Shown one piece after another: positions 11,318 to 22,573 of a stretch of DNA of 64,000 bases. Below the pieces are notes generated by a model. The model saw only the letters and a list, made by a program, of their open reading frames with translations, ran no database searches and had not been told where the DNA came from. Location of the stretch: the NCBI RefSeq assembly GCF_003018255.1, contig NZ_CP027440.1. The stretch is one strand, 5' to 3'. Origin of the DNA: Escherichia coli (GTDB lineage: Bacteria > Pseudomonadota > Gammaproteobacteria > Enterobacterales > Enterobacteriaceae). Positions within the stretch are counted from its first letter, which is position 1, and every line of letters begins with the position of its first letter. The translations under genes and the position numbers were made by a program.

Positions 11318-12828
11318 TGTCTATGCGTAAACATATTGCTTTCGCCAGTATGTGTATGGGATTATTTATTGCTCAGCTTGATATTCAAATTGTATCGTCA
11401 TCCCTAAATGAAATAGGTGGTGGTCTGTCCGCAGGTAAAGACGAAATGGCCTGGCTTCAGACCAGCTATTTAATTGCTGAGATTATTGTTATTCCGCTCT
11501 CTGGGTGGCTGTCACGGGTATTTTCCACTCGTTGGCTTTTTACTCTATCCGCGGGAATATTTACTTTAATGAGTATCGCGTGTGGACTTGCATGGAATAT
11601 TCAGATCATGATTTTGTTTCGTGCTTTACAGGGAGCGGCTGGCGCATCCATGATCCCTTTAGTTTTCACGACGGCGTTTATTTATTACCAGGGTAAAGAG
11701 TTGGGGTCGGCTGCTGCGGTAGTCAGTGCGCTGGCCTCACTGTCACCGACGCTAGGGCCAACTCTGGGGGGCTGGATCACTGATAACCTCGACTGGCGAT
11801 GGCTATTTTATATCAATATATTACCTGGCATATATTTAGTTTTGAGTATTCCTTTTCTGGTTAATTTTGATAAACCTGATCTCTCTTTACTGAAAGTTGC
11901 TGATTATCCGAGTATTATCCTGTTGGCCATGACACTGGGATGTCTGGAATATACCCTTGAAGAAGGAGCGCGCTGGGGATGGCTGGATGATAATACTATT
12001 TTGCTGACATCAGTTCTGGCATTGGTGAGTTTTATTTTATTTGCTGCGCGTACACTTACAATATCCAATCCGATAATGGATCTTCATGCTTTTAAGGATA
12101 AAAATTTCACGCTGGGATGTTTTTTTTCTTTTTCTGGAGGGGTTGGGATATTCTCTACTGTATATTTAATACTTGTGTTTTTGGGGCAGGTTCGCGGATT
12201 AAATGCCGAAGAGATAGGTTTTGCCGTTTGCACAACAGGTATTTTCCAGTTATTTTCTGTTCCCTTTTACTTCTGGTTAAGTAAAAAAATAAATCTGCGA
12301 TGGCTGTTGATGGCGGGGCTGGGTGGATTTGTGTTTTCAATGTATCTTTTTACCCCTATAACCCACGAATGGGGATGGCAGGAGTTACTGTTTCCACAGG
12401 CAATTAGAGGGATTTCGCAGCAGTTTGCGATGGCCCCCATCGTAACATTAACGCTGGGGGGAATTCCAAAGGAACGGCTGAAGTTAGCCTCTGGTGTATT
12501 TAATTTAACACGTAATCTTGGGGGCGCGATTGGTATTGCCCTGTGTGGCTCTATTCTCAATAATCGAACTAATTTTCATTTTTCGAGAATGGGTGAAAAA
12601 ATGGTTTCTGTTCCCCATACGGTGAATGACTTCATTTCCAGAAGTGCTTTGTTTTTTAATCGCAGTGGAAGTGACCAGACATCGGAAATACTGGCTTCAA
12701 CCAAATTATTGAGTCAGTTGATGCTGAGGGAGGCGCAAACTATGGCATTTTCGGATACCTTTCTGCTAATCAGTGGTCTGTTATTTATCGCATTTTTGTT
12801 GGTTCCTGCTATGAATAAATCATCCTGA
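11314..12828 (+). CDS. MFS efflux transporter, DHA2 (EmrB-like, 14-TMS) family
   Basis: 504 aa, highly hydrophobic, start overlaps the membrane-fusion gene stop by 4 bp (operon). Confidence 0.85.
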   Translation: MMSMRKHIAFASMCMGLFIAQLDIQIVSSSLNEIGGGLSAGKDEMAWLQTSYLIAEIIVIPLSGWLSRVFSTRWLFTLSAGIFTLMSIACGLAWNIQIMILFRALQGAAGASMIPLVFTTAFIYYQGKELGSAAAVVSALASLSPTLGPTLGGWITDNLDWRWLFYINILPGIYLVLSIPFLVNFDKPDLSLLKVADYPSIILLAMTLGCLEYTLEEGARWGWLDDNTILLTSVLALVSFILFAARTLTISNPIMDLHAFKDKNFTLGCFFSFSGGVGIFSTVYLILVFLGQVRGLNAEEIGFAVCTTGIFQLFSVPFYFWLSKKINLRWLLMAGLGGFVFSMYLFTPITHEWGWQELLFPQAIRGISQQFAMAPIVTLTLGGIPKERLKLASGVFNLTRNLGGAIGIALCGSILNNRTNFHFSRMGEKMVSVPHTVNDFISRSALFFNRSGSDQTSEILASTKLLSQLMLREAQTMAFSDTFLLISGLLFIAFLLVPAMNKSS

Positions 12829-13022
12829 TCGGAGCCTGTGCTGAATTAAACTCGGGCTAAACTGTTCGATACTGCTAACAGGCTAGTATAAAATGCCCCG
12901 CCTGCGCAGATACTCACAGGTATGAAGTAGAGTATTGTTTCAATCTGTGAAGGGAACGATGCAGTAAGAATGAACAATTAACCCGTCTGAATCACGACGT
13001 GTGAAGGTGCATAGGAGGTTAC

Positions 13023-13586
13023 ATGAACCTTGACGACAAATCGCTGTTTCTTGACGCCATGGAAGATGTCCAGCCGCTGAAACGTGCTACAGATGTCCAC
13101 TGGCATCCAACGCGTAACCAACGTGCGCCGCAGCGTATCGACACGCTGCAACTTGATAATTTCCTCACCACCGGATTTCTCGACATCATCCCGCTAAGTC
13201 AGCCGCTGGAGTTTCGGCGGGAAGGGTTGCAACATGGGGTGCTGGATAAGCTGCGCAGTGGTAAATATCCGCAACAGGCGAGCCTGAATCTTTTGCGCCA
13301 GCCGGTGGAAGAGTGCCGCAAAATGATGTTCAGTTTCATTCAACAAGCCATGGCGGATGGTTTGCGTAACGTGCTGATTATTCATGGTAAAGGGCGGGAT
13401 GATAAATCGCATGCCAATATTGTCCGCAGCTATGTGGCGCGCTGGCTGACCGAATTTGATGATGTTCAGGCATATTGCACCGCGCTACCGCATCATGGCG
13501 GCAGCGGGGCGTGTTACGTCGCACTACGTAAAACGGCGCAGGCGAAGCAAGAAAACTGGGAGCGCCACGCTAAGCGCAGCCGTTGA
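13023..13586 (+). CDS. smrA: Smr-domain DNA endonuclease SmrA (YdaL)
   Basis: 187 aa ORF with a C-terminal Smr domain; synteny before dgcM. Confidence 0.85.
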   Translation: MNLDDKSLFLDAMEDVQPLKRATDVHWHPTRNQRAPQRIDTLQLDNFLTTGFLDIIPLSQPLEFRREGLQHGVLDKLRSGKYPQQASLNLLRQPVEECRKMMFSFIQQAMADGLRNVLIIHGKGRDDKSHANIVRSYVARWLTEFDDVQAYCTALPHHGGSGACYVALRKTAQAKQENWERHAKRSR

Positions 13587-13606
13587 TCTCGAGACGCATC
13601 CGCGGC

Positions 13607-14839
13607 TTATGCCGCCAGCACGCGGTTGCGTCCATCATTTTTCGCCCGATACAAAGCATCATCAACGCGTTTAAACAGTTCATCGATGCTTTCATTTCCT
13701 TCGTGATGCGCCACACCAATGCTGACGGTAAAGCGTGGTAAGCCCGAAATACTCACTTTTGCCACGCTTACGCGGATAGTTTCAGCCAGCGAAAGCGCGG
13801 TATCCAGTGGGGTTCTTGGTAGCAATAAGACAAACTCTTCGCCTCCCCAACGAAACACCAAATCGCCTTTGCGAGCGCAACTTTCGAGGGTGCGGGCGAG
13901 GGCGCATAACACCTCATCACCTTTAGAATGCCCATAGAGATCGTTAATGTGTTTAAAACGATCGGTGTCGATGAGCAATAAGCTGTAATCCTGAGCGATG
14001 GCGAGGTGCTGCATTTGGCCTGGCTCGGTAATGTGATAAAACTGTCGCCGATTCAGTAATCCGGTCATCGCGTCATGGTGGGCAGCATGTTCCAGCTGCT
14101 CCTCCAGCCGTTTTTGCTCAGTAATATCATGCACAATACATAACATGAGCTTGTCGCCATAAATTTCAATCGGACCGGCATAGGTCTGCACATGACGAGT
14201 CGAACCATCCGCCAGTTTATGAACAAAATTCAAAGGCTTATGGCCACCGGGTAAATGCGAAATTTCATGCATGATAGGCATGACGCGTCGCCCGAGCATA
14301 TTTATTTCCCAAGTATGTTTCTGGCACATCGTTTCATGGTTATAGCCATAGAAATTGAGCGCGGCGAGGTTAGCATCGACGATTTGGCCATCTCGTGAGG
14401 GGTCAATCAACAACATTGGTGCAGAGTTAGTCAGAAAAAAGCGCGCATAAAAACCTTGTTTTTTGCGCTGATAATTTGCCGAGCGACTGGCTTTTAAACC
14501 CAGCGTTGCCGGTGCTTCGATACCTTCGAAAATAATCACCGGTTCTGCTTCTGTCAGCTTTCGCAAAACAAGCCGACAGCTCAATGCTGTTTCCTCTTCA
14601 TTGCGCTGAACGGTGAGGATTTCGATAATATCGTGTTGGTTTTGCAGATCGGAGAGGTATTCCGGCAGTTCTTTTTGTGAGGAGGCGGAATAGGGACCGG
14701 TTCGTAGCTGACTAAACGTGAGGTCTTGCATCAACAGTCGCGCCGCGCTGTTGGCATAAATTAACTGTTCCTCAAAGGGCGAAACGATCCAGACAGGACT
14801 GGTGAGTAAGTCCAGGGTATTGAAGTTGTGCGTAATCAT
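13607..14839 (-). CDS. dgcM: diguanylate cyclase DgcM (YdaM), PAS-GGDEF
   Basis: GGEEF motif present; start at MITHNFNTLDL gives 410 aa (the longest ORF extends to 14899). Confidence 0.85.
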   Translation of the reverse strand: MITHNFNTLDLLTSPVWIVSPFEEQLIYANSAARLLMQDLTFSQLRTGPYSASSQKELPEYLSDLQNQHDIIEILTVQRNEEETALSCRLVLRKLTEAEPVIIFEGIEAPATLGLKASRSANYQRKKQGFYARFFLTNSAPMLLIDPSRDGQIVDANLAALNFYGYNHETMCQKHTWEINMLGRRVMPIMHEISHLPGGHKPLNFVHKLADGSTRHVQTYAGPIEIYGDKLMLCIVHDITEQKRLEEQLEHAAHHDAMTGLLNRRQFYHITEPGQMQHLAIAQDYSLLLIDTDRFKHINDLYGHSKGDEVLCALARTLESCARKGDLVFRWGGEEFVLLLPRTPLDTALSLAETIRVSVAKVSISGLPRFTVSIGVAHHEGNESIDELFKRVDDALYRAKNDGRNRVLAA

Positions 14840-15072
14840 TGAGATCCCGTTATTTTTATCAATTTTTGTTGCTATCCGATCGCAAAAAAGCCACGTCATA
14901 TGATCAGATAATTCTGATAATGATAGACGCTATTTAACACTTCACACGGTTTGTATATGGAAAAGCATTTTGCTTTTTGTATTCAATTTAGACAGAATTT
15001 TATTAATCATTTCAGGGTAATGGGGTGATGAGATGTTGCGTAACAGGGCCAGAAGGCTAGACTACAAAATAA

Positions 15073-16077
<1,005 letters not shown>

Positions 16078-16351
16078 CAAAAGCAATTTTCCCGGCTGTC
16101 TGTATACAAAAACGCCGCAAAGTTTGAGCGAAGTCAATAAACTCTCTACCCATTCAGGGCAATATCTCTCTTGCAGGTGAATGCAACGTCAAGCGATGGG
16201 CGTTGCGCTCCATATTGTCTTACTTCCTTTTTTGAATTACTGCATAGCACAATTGATTCGTACGACGCCGACTTTGATGAGTCGGCTTTTTTTTGCCTGT
16301 TATTTGTCAGCGTCTACCCTTTAAGAGTCCACCCAATGACCGGAGGGAAAT

Positions 16352-16525
16352 ATGACGACACTTATTTATTTGCAAATTCCTGTCCCTGAACCGATTCCTG
16401 GCGATCCTGTTCCAGTGCCCGATCCGATCCCTCGCCCGCAACCCATGCCTGACCCACCACCCGACGAAGAACCGATTAAATTGTCGCATCGTGAGCGTAG
16501 ATCTGCGAGGATACGCGCCTGCTAA
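16352..16525 (+). CDS. hypothetical proline-rich small protein (57 aa)
   Basis: ATG preceded by a GGAGGG Shine-Dalgarno at 16342-16347; sequence MTTLIYLQIPVPEPIPGDPVPVPDPIPRPQPMPDPPPDEEP...; below the 60-aa cut-off of the ORF track. Confidence 0.4.
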   Translation: MTTLIYLQIPVPEPIPGDPVPVPDPIPRPQPMPDPPPDEEPIKLSHRERRSARIRAC

Positions 16526-16554
16526 CTTTGCGTCGATGACCACGAGAATAGATT

Positions 16555-17928
16555 GTGACCGCTTTTTCTACCCTGAATGTTTTGCCTCCCGCCCAACTCA
16601 CGAACCTTGATGAGTTGGGTTATTTAACCATGACGCCGGTGCAGGCCGCCGCGCTTCCGGCGATCCTTGCCGGAAAAGATGTTCGCGTGCAGGCGAAAAC
16701 CGGCAGCGGCAAAACGGCGGCTTTTGGCCTCGGCTTGTTACAGCAAATTGATGCGTCGCTATTTCAAACCCAGGCTTTAGTGCTGTGTCCTACGCGTGAA
16801 CTGGCGGATCAGGTGGCAGGTGAATTGCGTCGGCTGGCGCGTTTTCTGCCAAATACCAAAATTTTGACGTTGTGCGGTGGTCAACCGTTCGGTATGCAGC
16901 GTGATTCGTTGCAACATGCGCCGCATATTATCGTGGCAACGCCGGGCCGTTTGTTGGATCATCTGCAAAAAGGCACGGTATCACTGGATGCGTTGAATAC
17001 GCTGGTGATGGATGAGGCCGACCGCATGCTGGATATGGGATTTAGCGATGCCATTGATGATGTCATCCGTTTTGCGCCAGCATCTCGACAGACGCTTCTG
17101 TTTTCGGCAACCTGGCCGGAAGCCATCGCCGCAATCAGCGGACGAGTGCAACGCGATCCTTTAGCGATTGAAATTGACTCAACAGATGCTCTGCCACCTA
17201 TTGAACAACAATTTTATGAGACATCCAGCAAAGGCAAAATTCCGTTGTTGCAACGGTTATTAAGTTTGCATCAGCCATCCTCTTGCGTGGTGTTTTGCAA
17301 TACCAAAAAAGATTGCCAGTCTGTCTGCGACGCGCTGAATGAAGTAGGGCAAAGTGCATTGTCGTTACACGGCGATCTGGAGCAACGCGATCGCGATCAG
17401 ACCCTGGTACGTTTTGCTAACGGTAGCGCCCGTGTACTGGTCGCGACTGATGTTGCTGCGCGTGGTCTGGATATAAAATCGCTTGAGCTGGTGGTGAACT
17501 TTGAGCTGGCGTGGGACCCTGAAGTTCATGTACATCGCATCGGTCGTACAGCTCGTGCAGGAAATAGCGGTCTGGCGATCAGTTTCTGTGCCCCGGAAGA
17601 AGCACAGCGGGCCAATATCATTTCTGACATGTTGCAGATAAAACTTAACTGGCAAACGCCGCCAGTTAATAGTTCCATTGTGCCGCTGGAAGCAGAAATG
17701 GCAACGTTATGTATCGATGGCGGGAAAAAAGCCAAAATGCGCCCGGGTGATGTATTAGGTGCGCTGACAGGAGATATCGGGCTTGATGGCGCAGATATTG
17801 GCAAAATCGCCGTGCATCCGGCGCATGTCTATGTCGCGGTGCGTCAGGCTGTTGCTCATAAAGCATGGAAACAGTTACAGGGCGGGAAGATTAAAGGAAA
17901 AACGTGCCGGGTGCGGTTATTAAAATAA
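16555..17928 (+). CDS. dbpA: ATP-dependent RNA helicase DbpA (DEAD-box, 23S rRNA-specific)
   Basis: 457 aa, GTG start, motifs AKTGSGKT, DEAD and SAT present. Confidence 0.9.
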   Translation: MTAFSTLNVLPPAQLTNLDELGYLTMTPVQAAALPAILAGKDVRVQAKTGSGKTAAFGLGLLQQIDASLFQTQALVLCPTRELADQVAGELRRLARFLPNTKILTLCGGQPFGMQRDSLQHAPHIIVATPGRLLDHLQKGTVSLDALNTLVMDEADRMLDMGFSDAIDDVIRFAPASRQTLLFSATWPEAIAAISGRVQRDPLAIEIDSTDALPPIEQQFYETSSKGKIPLLQRLLSLHQPSSCVVFCNTKKDCQSVCDALNEVGQSALSLHGDLEQRDRDQTLVRFANGSARVLVATDVAARGLDIKSLELVVNFELAWDPEVHVHRIGRTARAGNSGLAISFCAPEEAQRANIISDMLQIKLNWQTPPVNSSIVPLEAEMATLCIDGGKKAKMRPGDVLGALTGDIGLDGADIGKIAVHPAHVYVAVRQAVAHKAWKQLQGGKIKGKTCRVRLLK

Positions 17929-17974
17929 TGAAATGTTGAATCGCAGGGTGCAAGAGTAAACATCTTCTTCGGGA

Positions 17975-18056
17975 TTGCCGGATGCGACGCTGGCCGCGTC
18001 TTATCCGGCCTCCATAAGAGTAGCCCGGTAAGCTTGCGCATCGGGCGCTATCCGGG
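17975..18056. repeat. REP (repetitive extragenic palindromic) element(s)
   Basis: GCCGGATGCGACGCTGGCCGCGTCTTATCCGGCC-type palindromic unit between the convergent dbpA and ttcA genes. Confidence 0.55.
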
Positions 18057-18992
18057 TTATTTCACTTCAACCACATTCAGCCGTAACTCATCCAACTGAT
18101 TTTCATCTTCTTCAGGCTGCCAACCCGCCGGTTGTAGAGGGATCTCTTCGCGATCAAACGCCAGATCACCCCCGTTAACCACTTCAGAACCGTGGGTAAT
18201 ACCTTTGAAATCGAACAGGTTGGTATCGCACAGATGCGACGGCACCACATTCTGCATCGCGCTGAACATCGTCTCGATACGCCCTGGATAACGTTTATCC
18301 CAGTCACGCAACATGTCAGCAATCACCTGACGTTGCAGGTTAGGCTGTGAACCGCACAGGTTGCACGGAATAATCGGGAACGCTTTTGCATCGGCAAAGC
18401 GCTGAATATCTTTCTCGCGGCAGTAGGCCAGCGGGCGAATCACGATATGTTTGCCATCATCGCTCATCAGTTTCGGAGGCATACCTTTCATCTTGCCGCC
18501 GTAGAACATATTTAAGAACAACGTTTGCAGGATATCGTCACGATGGTGACCCAGCGCGATCTTCGTCGCTCCCAGTTCCGTTGCGGTACGATAAAGGATA
18601 CCGCGACGAAGACGAGAACACAGTGAGCAAGTGGTTTTGCCCTCCGGAATCTTCTCTTTCACGATACCGTAAGTGTTCTCTTCCACAATCTTGTACTCAA
18701 CGCCCAGCTTTTCAAGATACTCGGGCAGAACGTGTTCCGGAAAGCCCGGTTGCTTTTGATCGAGGTTAACAGCCACCAGCGAAAAATTGATTGGCGCGCT
18801 TTGCTGCAAATTGCGCAGAATTTCCAGCATGGTATAGCTATCTTTACCCCCGGAGAGGCAAACCATGATGCGATCGCCTTCTTCAATCATATTGAAGTCA
18901 GCAATGGCTTCGCCCACGTTACGACGCAGGCGTTTTTGTAATTTGTTCAGGTTGTATATTTCTTTCTTCGTATTCTTTTGATTTTCTTGCAT
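18057..18992 (-). CDS. ttcA: tRNA 2-thiocytidine(32) synthetase TtcA
   Basis: 311 aa with SGGKDS PP-loop motif and CxxC pairs; its 5' end overlaps the prophage attL. Confidence 0.9.
   Translation of the reverse strand: MQENQKNTKKEIYNLNKLQKRLRRNVGEAIADFNMIEEGDRIMVCLSGGKDSYTMLEILRNLQQSAPINFSLVAVNLDQKQPGFPEHVLPEYLEKLGVEYKIVEENTYGIVKEKIPEGKTTCSLCSRLRRGILYRTATELGATKIALGHHRDDILQTLFLNMFYGGKMKGMPPKLMSDDGKHIVIRPLAYCREKDIQRFADAKAFPIIPCNLCGSQPNLQRQVIADMLRDWDKRYPGRIETMFSAMQNVVPSHLCDTNLFDFKGITHGSEVVNGGDLAFDREEIPLQPAGWQPEEDENQLDELRLNVVEVK
18943..18957. other. attL core of the Rac-like prophage (TTGTTCAGGTTGTAT), inside the ttcA 5' coding region
   Basis: The same 15-mer recurs at 32764-32778 with diverged but related flanks. 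Confidence 0.55.
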
Positions 18993-19043
18993 TATTTCAG
19001 TTCTCTGGTACTAAATGGGGCAAATTGGGGGCAAACTTTGCAA

Positions 19044-20279
19044 CTACGATAACCGCGCATTCAACATGGCTACCTGTTCGTCGTTCATGTCATCAATCCA
19101 CATACCGTAAATTTCATACACCATCTGCGCAGTTTCATGCCCCATCTGGCTGGCTATAAACGCCGGGTTCGCTCCTGCCGTCAACAGCCAGCAGGCAAAA
19201 GTATGCCGCGTATGGTACGGATTACGGCGGCGAATACCAGCACGTTTTACTGCTGCATTCCATCTCGCACCCAAACTGCTTACCGAGTAATAAGGTTTCT
19301 GTTTTCCGTTACACACTCTGGGCATGAAAACAAAATGCAGTTTTTGCTTTTCGGTTCTGCCGTACTCCCGATGATAAAAAGTGATTTCGCTTTTGCGATG
19401 ATGCCCGGTCAGTTTGTATTGCTCCTTCAGTGCTTCAAGAGCAGGCTGCAGTAGTGTTACCGTCCGGATCCCCGCATTTGTTTTTGGGGGACCGAACATA
19501 TCAAGTATCGTCAGGTTTCTTCTGACATTCACAACTCCCTTCTCGAAATCCACATCCTCCCACGCCAGAGCAGCCAGTTCCCCGTGACGAAGCCCGGAGT
19601 ATACGGCAAATTTCCACAAGTTCTGGCTCTGTCCTTTTTCACTTTCCATTAATGCATTGAATTCTGTTTTAGATAACGGGTCAGGCTTTATTCTGTTTCT
19701 CTGTAATTTTTTTACTCCTTCAAATGGTTTGGTTGATATAAATCCCGACTGATACGCAAAACGTAACAACGAACAGAGCAGGGCGATATAATTATCAACT
19801 GTGCGCACGGTTCTTCCTTTTTTGTTGGATCTTGGATTATCTAGGTAAAGCGTTTCTCCATGCAGCAGTTCATTCCGGTAGTTTAAGATATCGCTATAAC
19901 GAATATGCGATATCGGGGTACTCTCACAAATTATTATCCTGAGTGTTTTTAATTGTGATTTCGTTTTCTTCATTGTGTTTGTTGTTAACTCTGTTTCTTT
20001 AATTTTTGTCCAGATATCACAAAGCTCCCCGAACGTTTTTATGACCCTCGTTGTCACCATTTTTGCCCCAGTGCTGGACTGGGGAAAACGTCTTAAATAC
20101 TCAAACTCACCGGAATTGATTTCATGAACTATCAACGCTCTTAAATTCCCGGCTTTTTTAATGTTACTGTTAGTAACCTCCCAGCCTTTCAATGTTTCCC
20201 GACATCGTTTTCCTCGAAACATGAACCAGATGCGAATGTATTTACCTCGAATCTCGACACCTGTTGGTAATTTAGACAT
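19044..20279 (-). CDS. intR: Rac prophage tyrosine integrase IntR
   Basis: 411 aa with a C-terminal tyrosine-recombinase catalytic region (HxxR ... Y); immediately inside attL. Confidence 0.9.
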   Translation of the reverse strand: MSKLPTGVEIRGKYIRIWFMFRGKRCRETLKGWEVTNSNIKKAGNLRALIVHEINSGEFEYLRRFPQSSTGAKMVTTRVIKTFGELCDIWTKIKETELTTNTMKKTKSQLKTLRIIICESTPISHIRYSDILNYRNELLHGETLYLDNPRSNKKGRTVRTVDNYIALLCSLLRFAYQSGFISTKPFEGVKKLQRNRIKPDPLSKTEFNALMESEKGQSQNLWKFAVYSGLRHGELAALAWEDVDFEKGVVNVRRNLTILDMFGPPKTNAGIRTVTLLQPALEALKEQYKLTGHHRKSEITFYHREYGRTEKQKLHFVFMPRVCNGKQKPYYSVSSLGARWNAAVKRAGIRRRNPYHTRHTFACWLLTAGANPAFIASQMGHETAQMVYEIYGMWIDDMNDEQVAMLNARLS

Positions 20280-20280
20280 A

Positions 20281-20496
20281 TCATGAGTCTTTGATAAACT
20301 GATTTATCTTTGGATAGTTGTACCAGATAATTCCTCGCTTACTGTCTGGCTTCCCTAAAGGAGATACTCGTTTGAAGTGGAAGCCTTCCACCCAACAGTT
20401 CTGGCGGTATGCTTCAATTTGTCTGGCCCCCAGACCAGTGCGAAGCATCAGGCCGTATTCAACCATCCACTCTTCATTAAAGATTACTTGTGCCAT
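20281..20496 (-). CDS. xisR: excisionase-like protein XisR (YdaQ)
   Basis: Start at [11 protein letters not shown] gives 71 aa; directly upstream of intR. Confidence 0.7.
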   Translation of the reverse strand: MAQVIFNEEWMVEYGLMLRTGLGARQIEAYRQNCWVEGFHFKRVSPLGKPDSKRGIIWYNYPKINQFIKDS

Positions 20497-20595
20497 CGCA
20501 TTACCTCTGGCAGGCGCCAATGTTAGACTTAAATTGACGCCCGATGTTGATTATTAATAATCAGCTATGAAGTTTTAATTTGAATACAATGCAAT

Positions 20596-20796
20596 TCACG
20601 AGGACTGAAGTTTCTCGCAATTAAAATTTATCAGTTTTACTTTCTGCTCTCTGGAAACGCCTGCTTCTTTTTTACCTGAGAGCATTTTTTCGCATTCTGA
20701 TTTAGTTAGTTTATATTTTGAATATCTTGTCCAGTTAGTAGGAGTGCCACCTTCCTTTTCAATAGTGGCGGTAATTTTATACATGAACACCTCCAT
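20596..20796 (-). CDS. rcbA: Rac prophage protein RcbA (YdaC)-like
   Basis: ORF 20596..20856; contains MYKITATIEKEGGTPTNW...; exact start is ambiguous (Met at 20796 or 20784). Confidence 0.5.
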   Translation of the reverse strand: MEVFMYKITATIEKEGGTPTNWTRYSKYKLTKSECEKMLSGKKEAGVSREQKVKLINFNCEKLQSS

Positions 20797-20971
20797 TATT
20801 ATTTCCAGTGGTTCGTTTATTCCATCTTTCGAGTGCTTCTTTTTCACTTCCACCATAACCGGTTCGGGATTCGCATCCGTTACACTTCGCTCGGTAATAT
20901 CCTGAAATGGCTTTCACCGTTACTGATGGACAACCACAAAATGGACATGGTTTAACATTGTCATATCTCAT
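20777..20971 (-). CDS. ralR: restriction alleviation protein RalR (Lar), zinc-finger small protein
   Basis: Start at MRYDNVKPCPFCGCPSV gives 64 aa with two CxxC pairs. Confidence 0.75.
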   Translation of the reverse strand: MRYDNVKPCPFCGCPSVTVKAISGYYRAKCNGCESRTGYGGSEKEALERWNKRTTGNNNGGVHV

Positions 20972-21027
20972 AATTTTTCTCATAAAAAATATTTCAAGTT
21001 GGCGGTGCATTACACCGCCAGGCTGAA

Positions 21028-21843
<816 letters not shown>

Positions 21844-21909
21844 ATTTTATAACCCAGAACGGGCGTCAGAAATGACGCCTTTTTTATTGCAGAAAAGCGA
21901 GAGGTAATT

Positions 21910-22509
21910 ATGCGTAAACTTTATGCCGCCATTTTGTCCGCAGCCATTTGTCTGGCCGTATCCGGTGCGCCTGCATGGGCGTCTGAACATCAGTCCACGC
22001 TGAGCGCGGGGTATCTTCATGCCCGGACGAACGTTCCCGGCAGTGATGATCTGAACGGGATTAACGTGAAATACCGTTATGAGTTTACGGACACACTGGG
22101 GATGGTGACGTCATTCAGCTATGCAGGAGACAAGAATCGTCAGCTGACCCGTTACAGCGATACCCGCTGGCATGAAGATTCCGTTCGTAACCGCTGGTTC
22201 AGCGTAATGGCGGGGCCGTCTGTGCGCGTGAATGAATGGTTCAGCGCGTATGCGATGGCGGGTGTGGCTTACAGCCGTGTGTCGACTTTTTCCGGGGATT
22301 ATATCCGCGTAACTGACAATAAGGGGAAAACGCACGATGTGCTGACCGGAAGTGATGACGGTCGCCACAGCAACACGTCTCTGGCGTGGGGGGCTGGCGT
22401 GCAGTTTAACCCGACCGAATCCGTGGCCATTGATATTGCTTATGAAGGCTCCGGCAGTGGTGACTGGCGCACTGACGGTTTCATCGTGGGTGTCGGTTAT
22501 AAATTCTGA
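21910..22509 (+). CDS. lom: Lom/Ail/OmpX-family outer-membrane beta-barrel protein (prophage Lom)
   Basis: 199 aa with signal peptide, alternating beta-strand pattern and C-terminal GYKF. Confidence 0.85.
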   Translation: MRKLYAAILSAAICLAVSGAPAWASEHQSTLSAGYLHARTNVPGSDDLNGINVKYRYEFTDTLGMVTSFSYAGDKNRQLTRYSDTRWHEDSVRNRWFSVMAGPSVRVNEWFSAYAMAGVAYSRVSTFSGDYIRVTDNKGKTHDVLTGSDDGRHSNTSLAWGAGVQFNPTESVAIDIAYEGSGSGDWRTDGFIVGVGYKF

Positions 22510-22573
22510 TTAGCCAGGTAACACAGTGTTATGACAGCCCGCCGGTTCAGGCGGGCTTTTTTGTGGGGTGAAT

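Noticed and set aside
18958-19043. tRNA gene as the prophage integration target
   Set aside because: No tRNA-like sequence was found; the duplicated segment is the 5' end of the protein-coding gene ttcA.
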